A DNA stretch of 64,000 nucleotides from Catajapyx aquilonaris (Eukaryota): positions 1-64,000 of the forward strand of contig KZ538247.1 in NCBI GenBank assembly GCA_000934665.2, in the 5' to 3' direction. The translations under genes were made by a program, and so were the position numbers. Below the pieces are notes generated by a model. The model was not told the origin of the DNA. It made no database searches and saw nothing but the letters and a program-made list of their open reading frames with translations. Shown here piece after piece: positions 14,401 to 27,687 of this stretch; within the stretch, counting starts at the first letter, position 1; each line of letters begins with the position of its first letter.

Positions 14401-15670
14401 AAAGTGCAACCACAGACCGCATCAAAGGTTCATCCAGCTAAAAGGAGAACCGGGGCCTGGGACCGCCCTGGAACCGCAGCAAAAGCCAACCGCTTGCATC
14501 ACTATTCCACTCTTCATGCAGTCGGAGTATATGGCAGTACATGGCAAACATGTGCAGGCTATGTGGAAAATCCCATGGAAAATAATCTGGGGGCAGGATG
14601 TAGCTTAATTGCTGAATCGTAATTACTAACAATATTGCCAATTACATTGAATGGAGTCCTAGCCGTGGTTTGGAACAAATAGCTCAACCATACACTTTTC
14701 AGCACCAAATTATCGTGGGTTTAAAATTGGCGGGAAAGAGGAGGCGTGGCTAACGGGCGTATTCCTACTCCTGTATGACAACAGTGACGTCAGCGTCAGC
14801 AGCACTGTAGGCCTACACCAAATATACTGATTATCTATAGATAAATAATATGTAATTTTTAAATAATCGGTTATCGATAGTGATGAAATATCGTCCTCGA
14901 TATTTCGCAGGAAGGCTCGTAAAGTAAGCCCAACACAAAAAATTAATTAACGCAAAGAATGGCTCATTTGGTGCTGGAAGAGGAAGCAACTTTGCGTAGT
15001 TAGGTCCCTTTTTTATAGTTTGACGTGATTGTAAATTATTAGGCTAATCGGAGCTGGCCTGTCAAAAATTGCTCCCTCTGCTCCTGTAATTTCCTTGTAA
15101 GCTCAGGAAACCTCACGAAGTCGATCTTATCGCCTCCCCCACCCACTCCCCCACCTTCTTTACCTCCTCCAATCCCTGCTAACACTCTGTCACGTGCAGA
15201 CGCAATTCTCGTGCCTTTCTTTGCTCACACCCCAATTTCGCACCTTCAAGGCTAATCTCCTCTCCCATCTACCGCCACTTATCCCTCACCCTTCCTTAGC
15301 ACCGCACTTTTTTCTCTCTATCCAAAGAAGGGCACATGGTTTTCTTATTGGTTGGATATCTGCTGCTCTGGAGTCTCATTTCCAATCTATTCGGTGAAAG
15401 AAATGCATTCAAGGGTTGGCTCATCAAGTCTGGGATCGATTCTGTAAGCGGAGATTCATCTCATGCCTTTTCACACAATTCCATTGGAATTACCTATCTA
15501 CGTGGTGGTTCGAAACATATTAGCAAAAGCCTGGGAAAGGCGATTCGATTTATGTCTTTCGTGAAAAAACCCTAGATTTTGTACATTTAGACTCAAAAAA
15601 GTGAGGGGTTCGGACTTTTTCTCCAATCAGCGGCATGTAAGCCATCAGTGTGCCAAGTTTCAGTACTCTC

Positions 15671-16037
15671 ACGAGGAAATGACCAGGGATGGTCGCCTCC
15701 GATTAGGCTGATACTCGCTTGAGGGGTCAATCGTGTGCTGCAAACAGAGTGGTGAAAGTCCTAGATGCCACTGTTCATCCTTTTCCGAGATATGAGAGAC
15801 GGAAATATCCGAATTTTGGCATCGCTTAGGCCTGTATGGGTATAGAGTTCTTGCACTTGTCCCTTTCCTGCACGAACCCCACGCGCGGCCAAAATTCTGA
15901 TGTTTCCGTCGCTCATATCTCGGAAACGGATGAACGTTGGCATCTAGGACTTTCACCACTATGTTTACAGCACACGATTGACCCCTCAGCCGAGTTTCAG
16001 ACAAATCGGAGGCGATCACCCTTGGTCATTCCCTCGT
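15671..16037. mobile_element. Foldback/MITE-like element with ~150-bp imperfect inverted arms (15671-15820 and 15888-16037)
   Basis: Arms align as reverse complements, e.g. tgaggggtcaatcgtgtgctg/cagcacacgattgacccctca and agtggtgaaagtcctagatgcca/tggcatctaggactttcaccact; ~67-bp spacer. Confidence 0.8.
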
Positions 16038-16572
16038 CAGTAGTCCGAAAGTGGGTTACAGTCCTTTAAACGACGTTCAGCCCGCCTCCACCCGACTCTT
16101 CCCTCATATCCCCCCGCTGCGCATGCTCAGAAAACACGGCTGCTGTGACGTCAGACCATTCTCTCGTTTAAAGCACTGTAGGTATCTTCTAGAGAGAACA
16201 TACAAGCTGTCTGCTTTATTATGTAAGAAGACTAGTGAAAACTGCCCACGGGACTGCCCACGTCGTTCCATATACCTTACATATGTGGCGCATCCCCCCT
16301 CTCTGCACACTACTGCCACTCTCATGGCTGTTGAGGAGTTGTGGTACTACATGCACCATTACTCCTTGAAAATAACCCCCCAATTTGCTAATTACTTTTT
16401 TCCCCAATCACCTCCGGGCCAAAAATGAGCCCACCTGTATCCCCCACCACGTCCACCCCATCGATTTTCACTAATTGCAGGTACCTACCCCCCCCCCCCC
16501 CCAAAAAAAAATTAGGNGTTGGCCTACTCTCCTAACACAACCCGTTTGATTGATTTCAGGTGGTGGCGGAAG

Positions 16573-16590
16573 ATGTGTTACTGTGCGTGA
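16573..16590 (+). promoter_or_regulatory. 5-codon uORF (MCYCA*) ending 3 nt before the main ATG
   Basis: atg tgt tac tgt gcg tga gaa ATG, read directly within the predicted exon. Confidence 0.5.
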
Positions 16591-16593
16591 GAA

Positions 16594-16831
16594 ATGGCGT
16601 CGTTGGGGCGCCGGGGCAGCGGCCGATCCGGATCGGGGGGCGGTGGAGGGGGTGGGGGTGGGGGGATAGGAGGAGGGGGTGGTGGGGCAGGGGGTCGCCT
16701 GAGGCGTCTGAGGAGCCACGAATGGCGATCCAGCTCTTCGGACGAGGACTCGGCGCCCTCTGACCTCTTCTCGTCCGCTGCAGCTGCCCACGGGAAGCCC
16801 AGGGGACGCAGAGATGCAAATGGATACCCAG
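16594..16831 (+). CDS. Ten-a: Teneurin (Ten-a-like) first coding exon, Gly/Ser/Arg-rich N-terminus; exon starts at 16560 with 34 nt of 5' UTR
   Basis: Acceptor tgatttcag|G at 16559/16560. ATG at 16594 with in-frame TGA at 16588. GC-rich ORF MASLGRRGSGRSGSGGGG...RDANGYP. Phase-1 donor CCAG|gtactg matches the phase-1 acceptor at 24134. Gene identity is inferred from the downstream exons. Confidence 0.65.
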
Positions 16832-16949
16832 GTACTGTGTACACACTCTCACACTGCTATTACGTCTATTATTCACGACCTTACTTATTAATTAGAATGG
16901 CCATACAGCAGGTAGGGAGGTTTCACATGAACCAATTATTACAGCTACT

Positions 16950-17110
16950 ATGAGACTTCAGTTTTCAGAGAGGGAAAAACTGATATTGGAAACATAACAG
17001 TTGAGAAAACAAAGGACACCCTGCCCGCGCGTGCGGGTCTCGAACCCAGTCGTGCAAAACACATTTGATTAGCAAGGGTAGCGCCTGAACCAGGCGGGCC
17101 ACTTGGCCTG
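16950..17110 (-). mobile_element. tRNA-derived SINE (head region clear, 3' end uncertain)
   Basis: Minus strand has A-box-like TGGCCCGCCTGGT (17101-17089) and B-box GGTTCGAGACCC (17046-17035) at tRNA-like spacing. No full cloverleaf evident. Confidence 0.6.
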
Positions 17111-17313
17111 CACAGGTGGCGGTAACTCAATTAGTCCACTTCACCAGCAGAGGCGTCTACTCTAATTTGCCCTTTGTTAATGCCGTACTGCCTCTATTTA
17201 CCCTCACAATTTTAGAACATGATGTCTCTCGAAAGGATGCTCATTACTATTTAATGGCCGGTCATTTAAAGCAGCGCACTTGTCATATGACAACATGTTC
17301 ATTTTGGTATGTA

Positions 17314-17670
17314 TCTAAAATATTAGAATCATTCGTTGTATGATTGGCTGGCCGATTGGCTCATGCGCAATGGAGAGTCAGCGCCTCTGGTGGGTGGAAA
17401 CAGGAACTCGTGTAATATTATTTTGTAGGGATGTGTACACCCAATGGCACGATTGCCAACCGAAGCGGAAGACTTGCCTTCTGAAAGGTGTACGGAGGAA
17501 CAGCAGTCTTAATGCATGCAGGCCAAGTTGTAAACGCGATGATTGGCCCCAGTTGGTTATAAAGGCAGGGGTGTAAATAAGGAATGATGTGAGGGGCCTA
17601 GGTGTATGAACAGCCAAGGTAGCCAAGCCAGCAGGGCGTATCCGGCTGGCAAAAGCAAGCCTGGAGCTAG
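17314..17670 (+). mobile_element. Helitron-like element, same family; 3' end uncertain
   Basis: A|TCTAAAATATTAGAATCATTCG...tgattgg...ctcatgcgcaatggagagtcagcgcctctggtgg...gaactcgt. Possible 3' hairpin gccagc..ggctggc followed by CTAG at about 17670. Confidence 0.55.
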
Positions 17671-18339
17671 CCTCCTCAATTTCTTTGTGTATATGTGTGC
17701 ATGGTGGGCGAGTGCACGGAGCACGGGAATTGATGGGCCTTTGGGGGAGCATAACTAAATCAGCAGTTAGCAGCCGGAAACGGGGGTTTTAATGCAGAGC
17801 CGGATATTTTATTAGTGGGGGGGCTTGTGGGGCCGTGGACGTCATAATTGCCCATAAAGAATTGCTCGGCTGGGTGTCCTCATGCACTATGGTTGGACCG
17901 CACTACCCGTGTAAAATGCGGTGATGCCAGCCAGAGAGGATAGGGGGGGACCCAACCATTCGAATCCGATGGTGGCCGGTGTGGCCACACTAATGTGTCG
18001 ATAGCATGTAATATTGCTATTGTTATACTTTTATTTGAAAAAGTGAACAATGGGTTGAATCGGGTATTATAACTGTGGTTAACCGGAAGACTGCTGGGAG
18101 AAGGAGGGGAAAAAATTGGAATAATGTCAGTATAGGCGAGGACCTATGGGCTGTAATACACGTGATGTAAACTGCCAATGGTACGCACAAAGAATGAGAC
18201 TAACTTCAATGGAGAGGTGTAATAATTGAAGAACTGATCATTGTCACATTTTGGTCATTTAGGAATAGTGGACTGTAGTACTCAAATAGTACTTTTCAGG
18301 AAACAGCATGGAAAAATTTTATTTCGTTGACGACAATTC

Positions 18340-18453
18340 TGCCGTCCCAAGGAGAAACACCCTACCTGCAAAACTAGTAAGGGTGAAGGTCGCGTGCATG
18401 CGACTTTCACCCTTACTAGTTTTGGAGATATGGTGTTTCTCCTTTGGATGGCA
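18340..18453. repeat. ~114-bp near-perfect palindrome with almost no loop
   Basis: caaaactagtaagggtgaaggtcgcgtg | catgcgactttcacccttactagttttg, with outer arms aaggagaaacacc/ggtgtttctcctt. Confidence 0.85.
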
Positions 18454-21400
18454 ACGTTGACGTCAGTTTCCTGGCTCTTTTCCGCCAGAAAAATGTTTTA
18501 TGGACAACCGAATTTAAGTCTGGTTTCTGCTATAGATACGAGTTAACAGCATGTAAAAACAATATCACACGAGAAACAACGAAGTCTTTCAACATCTTCA
18601 TGTCGCTAAGGGTCGGTTGCGTGATCGATGGTAAACCCGGAACTAGTGGTTGATCCTATATTATTAAACACTTGTTCTTGGTTTACCAACAATCACGTAG
18701 CAACTAGTGCCATGTACATTTTGTGCACACTTCTTGCCGCCTGTATAGCGTTGACGCACCTAAGGTTAACAATCTCAGTTACACAAACAAAACACTGTAT
18801 ACCAGAGAAGAAAATGAATCCAACCTTGAACAATACTGTACAGTATAATTAGTACACAGTGAAAGTGGTTGCCGCATAAGGCATACTGTACAGTACATAC
18901 GGCACATGAACCCTTAATTACTTTTTTTCCGCCATTAATAACATCGCCCTTCTAATGTTTCTTTGAGACCCAGCGCCTTGATTTGTCAAGCAGAAAATCC
19001 AGGCTCCCCGAATAAAAAAACTTACGCCTCAAGGAAAAAAAACGAGAGAAAAACTTCTAACATGTTCATGAACCAATCAATAAACGTGGCGCGTGGCCCA
19101 ATGTAATACTTCCACACTTTAAATCACACTTTGTCACCAGTTATTGACCAACATTAATAATATTGTTCTATATATGATAAGATTATGTCCTTTTAATGTA
19201 AAACTAATATTAAACGTAAATATTTAAGGGAGCCCCCCCCCCCTCCATGTCAAGGCTTGAAGCCTACCAGGGTCAAATAATTTTTTTAAAATTATAAAAA
19301 CTATTAAACGTAATCTGAAAATCTCCATTTTTGTTCATAGAACCGGGCTTAAATGTGGTAAAACTGGTTCTATAAATTGCGGCTCATTTTGCTCTGCGGT
19401 TCGTTCGGTGTGCTATTTCGCATAGACATAATTCCTTGCCTACTCTAATATGGCTTTTGGCATGCACAGCACCGTACTCCACGCATGTTTTTTAAAAAAA
19501 GAACGTGTCCTATACTATAAAAAGCTCCTGGTGTAAGACAGGCAGGAATCCCTGATCCTTTTTATGTGAGCCGACACCTGGCTGCTTTCCCTCCACTGAA
19601 TCAGCGTGGTCCACTTGTCATATCTCATAGCCTTTGCTATACCCCCCAAAAACTGCAATGTGCTGCACTGTACTGTACTGTACATGCACGTCCCATGCTG
19701 GCAAAATTGCACGCCCATTCAACCCGTGCTCTTTCCCGAAAACTCGACATTATGAGCTTTTTGAAATGAGGTTGCGGACGGATGGACGGACTCGGACCAT
19801 TTTTTTTTTCTTTTCCCTTTTTGTGCGACTATGACGACTATGACAAGGTCGATATTTCCTCTTTTTTTTGCTACTCGCTTTCTTCTTTCTGATTTTTTTT
19901 TTTTTCCTTTTTGGTGAACTTTTTATGTCTGTTCATTTGGGGTTCTCACTGTTGCACATATCAATCAGAGTCTGGCAGATTTTTTTTTGAAGGGGGCAGA
20001 ATCACCTCGGGGCGATTAATTCAGAGAGGTTCGTTATGTATTAGTACGTTACTAATTAATGTTGGGCTACAGTAGGTTCCGAGGCCTTTTGAGTAATAAT
20101 ACTGAGTTATGTATGGGTTGACCTACATACCGAAATATGACGGAAGCACTGCGGGTTGCTTTTGAATAATTGAACTAAACTGCAAAACATTGCAATTATT
20201 ATTGAAGCTGGCTTGTATACTATCACTATTGATCATTTTTGTATGGTGTTTTCATTCTCTAATATTGAAATAGCAATGAATAGATTTGGTAGCCCTTTCA
20301 AGTATTTCGATGGAACAATTTTTATCAAAATTGTGGAGCATATGAACAAATGCAAAAATAATAATTCTGGCTTTATGCATTGGAAAATGTCAGAATGTAA
20401 ACAGGCGCGAACCGAATGTTGCCTGCTTTAATTATTAATATTAAAGGTTGCTGATTTAATGTGAGACTCTAAAAATTTCCAGTCGATTTGGTTGCATATT
20501 TTACTCGAATAAGCATGTAATAAATCTATAATAATTTTATTTTAAATTGCTGAGTTGAGGTGAGGAATTTTTATTCGAAATAATGAACACTTGTGTGAAT
20601 ACCCATAATTTGCAGAGTAAAGTGCAGTATTCCTGAAAACCGAGGAAATAAATGACTTTGAATAATCCTTTCCAAGAATAGCCTGGCTGACACGATGCAC
20701 TTTAAGCATCCCCTGATTAAGGACTTTTGTTAAACGACTGCTACTAACTTGTAAGCAGGGTTTTTAATGCAGCCCTGCAGGCTACAAGAAACGGCGTTAG
20801 TTGAGTTGTGATGCGACTGCATTGGACCCCTGGCTCGCATCATTTCCGGTTGAATTTGGAGCTAGGATTTAACAAGGCTATCATATCGCCAGATAACTAA
20901 GAATTATGAGAAGCCTGGTACTTCTGCAACTCTACAATGATTTCGCTACAAGTGGAGCTACTTTCTGCGAAATGTGTGTTTTTTTTAGCTATTTTCAGGC
21001 GTGCTGCAGTGCATGCCGACAGTTCGTGACATTTCTGTAAAGTTCTCATATGCTGCGGTTTTTTTTGGCGTGCAAAAAAACAGTAGGCGAAGTAATAAAT
21101 TTTTACTCTTGTTGGTCAACACCTGTATATAAATACCGCACTTGGTGTAGTTATTTTGGCTAGCAAACATTTTCCAACAAACCGTTCAGTCTCGGCCTGC
21201 TGCATTTATAGGTTTACGCGTGGTTGAAAAGCAGCGAACTGTAAATTAAACGTTGGCCAACTAGTGCAAAAAGGATGGATGCAAATACTAGGTGTGAGCT
21301 GCGTTAACCGCATTTTTTTTTTAAAAAAAAGCTCTAAATAATGTCCGCAGGAAATTCGAGTCGAGGATTAGCTTGTTTGCAACTGACAGTGCTCAAAAAT

Positions 21401-24133
21401 GAGTTGCTAACATTCCAACACTAATTAGCTAGTGTTCATGTTGAAGTATTGCTCTTGGACAAATCTACCTTTTGACTTGTTAGCATAGCAGATACGCTCT
21501 ACTTTGTCTTCGCGACATCCAAACGACAGCCTGAGACATGTTCCTTGGAAATCGTCGATTCACCTTAATTTCGTCCCTTGGCACAAAACACGCAGGCATT
21601 CGCATCGCCTATACTCCATCCTTGTCCTATTTTCTTGGCGAAACTACTGGATCGAGATATCAAGAAAAAGAATCGAGTCAGCCGAACGCAAGAAACGATG
21701 CCAATTCTTTTTTTTTCAATCCCTTGAAATAGCGCACGATCGACAGTTTTTGAGCAAAAAGGCATAAAACGGGATAGAAAATAGGTCTAGTGGTCGATTT
21801 TGCTAACACCCTGTATTGGCGACTTCCAAAATGGCGTTTCCCAAGTCCAGTCGTCCAAAAACGAGGGACATTCTCCGTGTGCAGTGGCGTCGGGAAATGG
21901 CAGTAAAAATGGCATGCGAGTGTAGAGAAATGAAAGGTGTGTTGCGCCGGATAATTGCAGGGCGCTGCCATTATTTCCCCGAGAAGGAACTTCAATTAAG
22001 GAAGGAATGCTGTGGCTTAGCAGCCTCTATCGCTCTTCTTCCACCCCACGGTGCTCATTCCTGGTACCCCCGATACCGCCTCTTTATCCTTTTTCCACAC
22101 TAGACTGGACATCATTATTGAACCCAGCTCTATTGTTGTCAATGGTCAGTTTCCATGCTTTGATGTAGTATAAAATTTACAATTCAATCGACGGAACAGC
22201 TGCACTTTTGTTATCAAGCCTACTTGGAACTTCCAGAGAGATGATCATTATTCGAGAATACTTTTGGACAATGAATGCAGAGCGAAGTCGTTGGCGGAAC
22301 CCACTGCAAATTGCATTGCTCCTTGCTTTTCATCTGGGACTTTCCTAGGTCGTGCCATATCTGCAAGGCAATACCGGTTTCGCATCACAAATAAAGCGAT
22401 ATTCCTGCGAAGTAGAGCAAATCGTTTCAAGTCAGCTACAGTATGTCTTCTCCATACGCATCACAGGGCCACACAGGATATGATTATGTCGCAAGATTAC
22501 ATTCCTCTTATCAGCATGGTTCCCGTCATTCCTGACATCGCGGTATCTGCTAGTAAGAAAATAAAGAAAAAGGAAGACACGTTTTAAAGGAATGTATTTC
22601 CGCATTACTGCCATCATTGTCATATCAATTGGATGTTCCATGGCATGAGTCCAATCATGTCCTGTCAGGCAGAAGTCCTCGATAGGTGCTCTGCCAGCCA
22701 ACCAGGCGTATTTCCTGGGCCATGTTCTATCCTAGTGGAAAATATGCTGCAGACTACCCACGGCGGCCTTTAGCAGCCTCTATGCCAATAAGATCACCCG
22801 CATCGAGGCATTTTGGGAGGGTAAAGTGAACGAAATGCGGGCTTTGGACGAAAAAAGAGAAGAATGGGGGGAAAAGTGGAAGGGGGGGAGATGTTATAGG
22901 GAAGGGGAAACAAAAAGCCAATTGAAGGAGAGGGGGGGAAGTGTAGTCGTTCTGAGCTGGTGGCTGGCATTTTGGGAGGCAGTTGGCTATGTACACTGCA
23001 TAATGGGAAGGGGTGCGAAGGGCAATGGTGCTGGTGGCAACGGGGGGGTTACCACATGGAAGACTGGTGTTGCTGGAGTTTATGGACCAAGTCTGTTGAT
23101 AATTGAATTCCTGTATATAATGGCAGAAAGAACGATATTATAAATATTCAGTTATGCGCATTTTAAAATTTGTACTGAAATGGAAATTGCCAAGTTGCGA
23201 ATTATTTGGGGTAGGCTGTCATTATTAAACCAAATTGTTATTAAAGTTAGCATTGCGTTTCGGTGGAGTGCTGAATAATTACTGATAAATATTAACAAAT
23301 AACAGCATAACATTGCGCATAATAATAGTAAAATAATTACTTTAGACTTTGAACTGAAAACATAAACAGTACAGGGCATAGTAATAAATAATGGCAATTT
23401 ACACAGCTGTTCACTAGTTCATTGCTATAATTATGCAGTATTTATGACAAACAAAAATAAATAATAAATTTAATTATTAGCAAATAATACAGTGCATGTA
23501 CACTGTTCTGCCAACTGTGATGTCGCAAAATCCTGTTGCCTGATTACAATATGAAGAACTCTAATGACAATTTGGCGACATTAATGGTCACCAGTAATCC
23601 TCACTACATCATCTATACTGTATGTCGTGCAGTGGATTGCTGTGAATTAGACCTTCGTAAGCTGCAATGTAGGTTGTCACTGCGATTTCGGACCTTACAA
23701 ATCAGTCTTGAAATGTGGTCACTAAAAGAGGCAGCATCAGTCACAAAATTATGTCAAGATGATCAAAATTAATGCATGGAATCGTTGTGACCTGTGGGCA
23801 GCTTCATAATACTTTAACGCCATTGTCAGTTTTGGGATTAAGACATGACGCGACTGCTCCATTTTTCCGCCCAAAAAGCCCTTCACTATGCAGAGCAGTA
23901 CTCCAGTTCTGCATGCGGTATTAAACTCGTCATGAGCTTCAACATGTACCACATGGGGATTACGCGATATAGCCCCGTCAATTAATGTGATCGATTTATG
24001 TGGAAAGTAACCGAGGAGTCTCATCAAAAATGGCTCCGCTGAAACCTGAAGAGTTTTAACCCTGATAGGTACTGTATTTATTTGTGAAATTTTTTGCTAC
24101 ATGTGTAGTACAATAATGCGTCCTTCTTTTTAG

Positions 24134-24910
24134 GGTTGGTACGCGGAGGTACGCCGGTGAGCATCCTGGGCGCATCGGACAACGACGGATCTGAGGAGCA
24201 GCCGAGCAGCCCCTTCCCGGTCAACACCACCCCGACGCCTTTGTCGCACCCGCCACAACCCGTCTCCTCTTCCTCCGCCACTACCTCGTCCTCCTCCGGC
24301 GCCCCTGCCCAAGCCAACACCACCTCGGGCGGCCCCGGGCCCTACGCCTCGCCCCCGTCCCTGGGCGGACGGCAGGCCTCCCCGTTCCCCCTGGAGCAGA
24401 CCAACCAGTCCTCCTCCTCTTCGCCCCTGGACTGCTGCCACTACGCAGACCGGTTCGCTTCAATGGCCCGGCACTACGCGCAGCCTGGAATGGTCAGCAA
24501 GCAGCCAGGGGCAGGGGTGACCAGGGGCCAGCAGCAGGGGCAGCAGCCGGGAAAGGGGCAGGGGCAGCCCCAGCAGCAGCAACTGCCCTTAGGAATGGTT
24601 GTGGGAATGGGCGGGCTGCCCCTGGGCATGAGTCTGGGCCCCGGCGTAGGAGGGGGCGGAGGAGGACACCACATGCTGGCCCACCAGCTACACCCCTCCG
24701 CGGGAGTAGGGGCGGCCCCGGGGCAGCTCCTGTCCAGCATGCTGGGTCCTCCCAGGAGCAGAGCCATGTCCTCCTCCTCCTCATGCGGCGGCGGCCACCA
24801 CCGACGACGTCGCTTGTCTTCGTCTTCCTCCGACAACAACTCGGACACCACCTACCCCGACTCTGAGTTGAACCACGCCGTCCGGGAGAATCGACTCGCA
24901 CTCGACACCG
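24134..24910 (+). CDS. Ten-a: Teneurin (Ten-a-like) coding exon 2 (777 nt, phase 1-1), Ser/Pro/Gln/Gly-rich intracellular domain
   Basis: Longest ORF in the window and sharply GC-rich. Acceptor tccttctttttag|G, donor ACCG|gtcagt. Ends HHRRRRLSSSSSDNNSDTTYPDSELNHAVRENRLALDT; the DNxSDTT motif resembles arthropod teneurin intracellular domains (from memory). Confidence 0.8.
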
Positions 24911-27643
24911 GTCAGTTTACCAATATTTGCATGCATTGCACTTTGGTAGTTAACACCTCCGGACCATAGTAGCTACCACATATTTATATACGTTGTTTTC
25001 ACGCCCTTTTGCGGATACACACCGGATAGTATGTTAAGCCATCGCAACGAGGATTAGAAGTAATGCTTAGTAGAAAAGCTTGCGAAAAACCGAGCCAGAC
25101 AGCGCACCCCGTGAGGAGATTAACCCCGCGCTTTCTCGCCCGCAAGGGACCACAACTTTGTGCCAAGTGTTAAAATGGGATCAACCTTTCGCACCTCTCA
25201 TCCCATATGCATGGACTGGGTCCCTCACGCATCTTATCCTCAATACCATTTCTTAACCTTACCTGCGCTGCATCCAGGATAAAATCGGTTCTGGCTTGGA
25301 AAAGGGAGACTGGTATAGGCCTATATCCTGTGAAAACTTCATAAAGGATTGCTTATGAAAAGAGGGAGGAGGTATACCTATGGGAATAGGCGAGAAGCAT
25401 GGGAGCAGAAAATACGGACTTGATGATTGGGAGGGATTGGGAAGGGGAGAAATGTAATGAGAGGATCTTATAGGACCCACCCCCTCAAGGCCCGCCAACT
25501 GGATTAAAAATGGAGGCTGATGGAGCGGAATGTGCATGATGATTATGTTTTAGGAAAGAGGGTGGCTAGTTGAACCCGGAGGCTGCGATGGAATTGGAAT
25601 CCCCCCTCTGCTTGCCCAAACAGGGGACTATGGGGGGGGGGGGNNNNNNNNNNNNNNNNNNNAGAGATTGTCTCCTAGGTCTCCAAATGAGTTATTTTTC
25701 TCTCCCCCTCTCCACTCTCTCTTTCTCTGCATCCTCTCTGCACACTCAGATTTTGAAGCCTGAGGGTTCGTCCAATTACTATCTTAAGGCTCAGTCATTT
25801 GAGGATTCTATTAGGGAATGCCTCTCCTTTTCCTACAAATGGCCCACAGCTACCGCAACTAAATCGAATATCCCTCGCATGCGTCCTAATAATAATCGTA
25901 ATATCTCTCTCATCCGAGGAGTAAATGTCGTATAGGATACAAATGGGCAGCGGGCGTGCGGTGGGGGTGAAAATGACGCTTTTGCTCCGCTTCACAGCCT
26001 AATTTAGCTTGTAATCCAACATGCATGGGCCTCGGGATAATTTGTGTGGGCATGAGTCATACCCACACCATCACCCATATACCCGAAGCCACACCCGAAC
26101 CTATACACTTGTCTGGAATGGTGGGCTTTACTGACCCAGTGATTAAGTATGAAAAATTCTATGTGCACACAATATTACACAAAACATTTTACAGCTACTT
26201 TTCAATTGAAATATGGACACCACCATTTTGGTCGTAGGTTGAACTATCTAGTTAAAACCCGAAAAAGCGAGCCACATAATCCCTGTCCAGTTGGGGAAAT
26301 CCAGGGCCCTAGAGGTGAAAGACCCGCCGCGCCGCCTTCATAATTACCTAATGAGGCCTAACACTCTCTTCTGGTATACACTGTACAGTATTACATCAGC
26401 AGGGGCCACTTGCTAATTGAAGCGGATTTTTTTTAAACCGCCATATTCGAACTCTTTTTCTCCTGCGGTACAGTCACCTGGTAGGTCGGGAATTGGCTAT
26501 TGTAAGGAAGGAGTGTTAGGACGAGAGGAATAGAAAGGCAGGGGATTTCGGTGTGAGGAAACGTATGCATGCAGCGGGTGCACTTTGGGCGGAATGGAGG
26601 CTGCAAAATGCGCAGAGAGAAAGCAGTAGCAGCGACTCTAGGGGACACCTCAAAGGGAACCAACTCGAGTGTAGTTACGCTGTCTCTCTCTTTTCCCTTT
26701 GGCCCCCTTTTCGCCTGCCCCCTTATACTATACACACCAAGGCTTGTCCTCATGCAAGAATCATTCTGTTTGCATTCTGCCAAACGTGCCCATCCTTATA
26801 CACGCAGATAGATAGTTTACCAGAGCTGCCTTCGGTACATAGTTCCCCTCAAGCAAGTAGTCTGTGTCGGCAAAGCACGCATTGATTCGTTTGCCTCCTA
26901 AGCCCCAAGACACTTCTGGGACTTGACAGAAACTTGTGTTTGGCACAAGGAAGGAATCATCTGCTGGGAGGCATCTTGAGACACTTTGCTCTCTGCTGGA
27001 CCGTGCGACTCCTGCCCATTACGCACGCACCGTTTCTCTTTACATCTCTCCTTGTCAAGTCCATTCGAGTGGAGGTGCGAAAGAGGCTTGGTTTGCGCAA
27101 CGTATCTGGGTTGTGTGGCAATCATGGTACCCAGCACAAGCACATCCACTGTGCACCGAACTGTGGAGCTTGTGACATCCTCCGCATCCACAAGATGGGG
27201 TTAGTTCGGAGTTGGAAGTTTAGCCAAGAGATGGCGTGAATGCAGGAGAACCTTCATGAATTGTTTACAAGTCGTGAGAAGTCTCGATCGAGGCTAGTGT
27301 AACAAAAGTAGGTTGCTGCCAACCACTGAGGGACATCTCGAGGTCTGGACTGTTGTCCGGAACATTATGGAGCAAAAATCACAGGTTCTAGAGGGCAGGG
27401 CGTTTCGGTGTCGATACTGTAGATAATGCGAGGGCACTCTTCCTATTTCTTTTCCTTCCACGATCGGCCTCCCCTAGGGAGCATGCAGGGCCGACCGGTG
27501 TGTAGGCTCAATTCCTTTTGGCCTGATCCCCAAATGGACATTTGGTGGATTGGGCTGGATCTCGGGACTTTGTAGGTCGCCTTGCTTTTCCCTGAGGCCA
27601 TTAGGGCTTCACCTCAGAGTGCTCTTCAATTTTGATCCCTCTG

Positions 27644-27651
<8 letters not shown>

Positions 27652-27684
<33 letters not shown>
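27652..27684. repeat. (CT)n microsatellite
   Basis: Seen directly. Confidence 0.95.

Positions 27685-27687
<3 letters not shown>

Noticed and set aside
15669..16069. Similar peptides on opposite strands (ERWHLGLSPLCLQHTIDPS)
   Set aside because: A consequence of the inverted repeat, not duplicated genes.
17020..17110. Functional tRNA gene on the minus strand
   Set aside because: A and B boxes are present but I could not form acceptor and anticodon stems. A SINE head fits better.
26898..27239. Cys/His-rich ORFs as a retroelement zinc knuckle
   Set aside because: Spacing does not fit CX2CX4HX4C and no other gag/pol motifs lie nearby.
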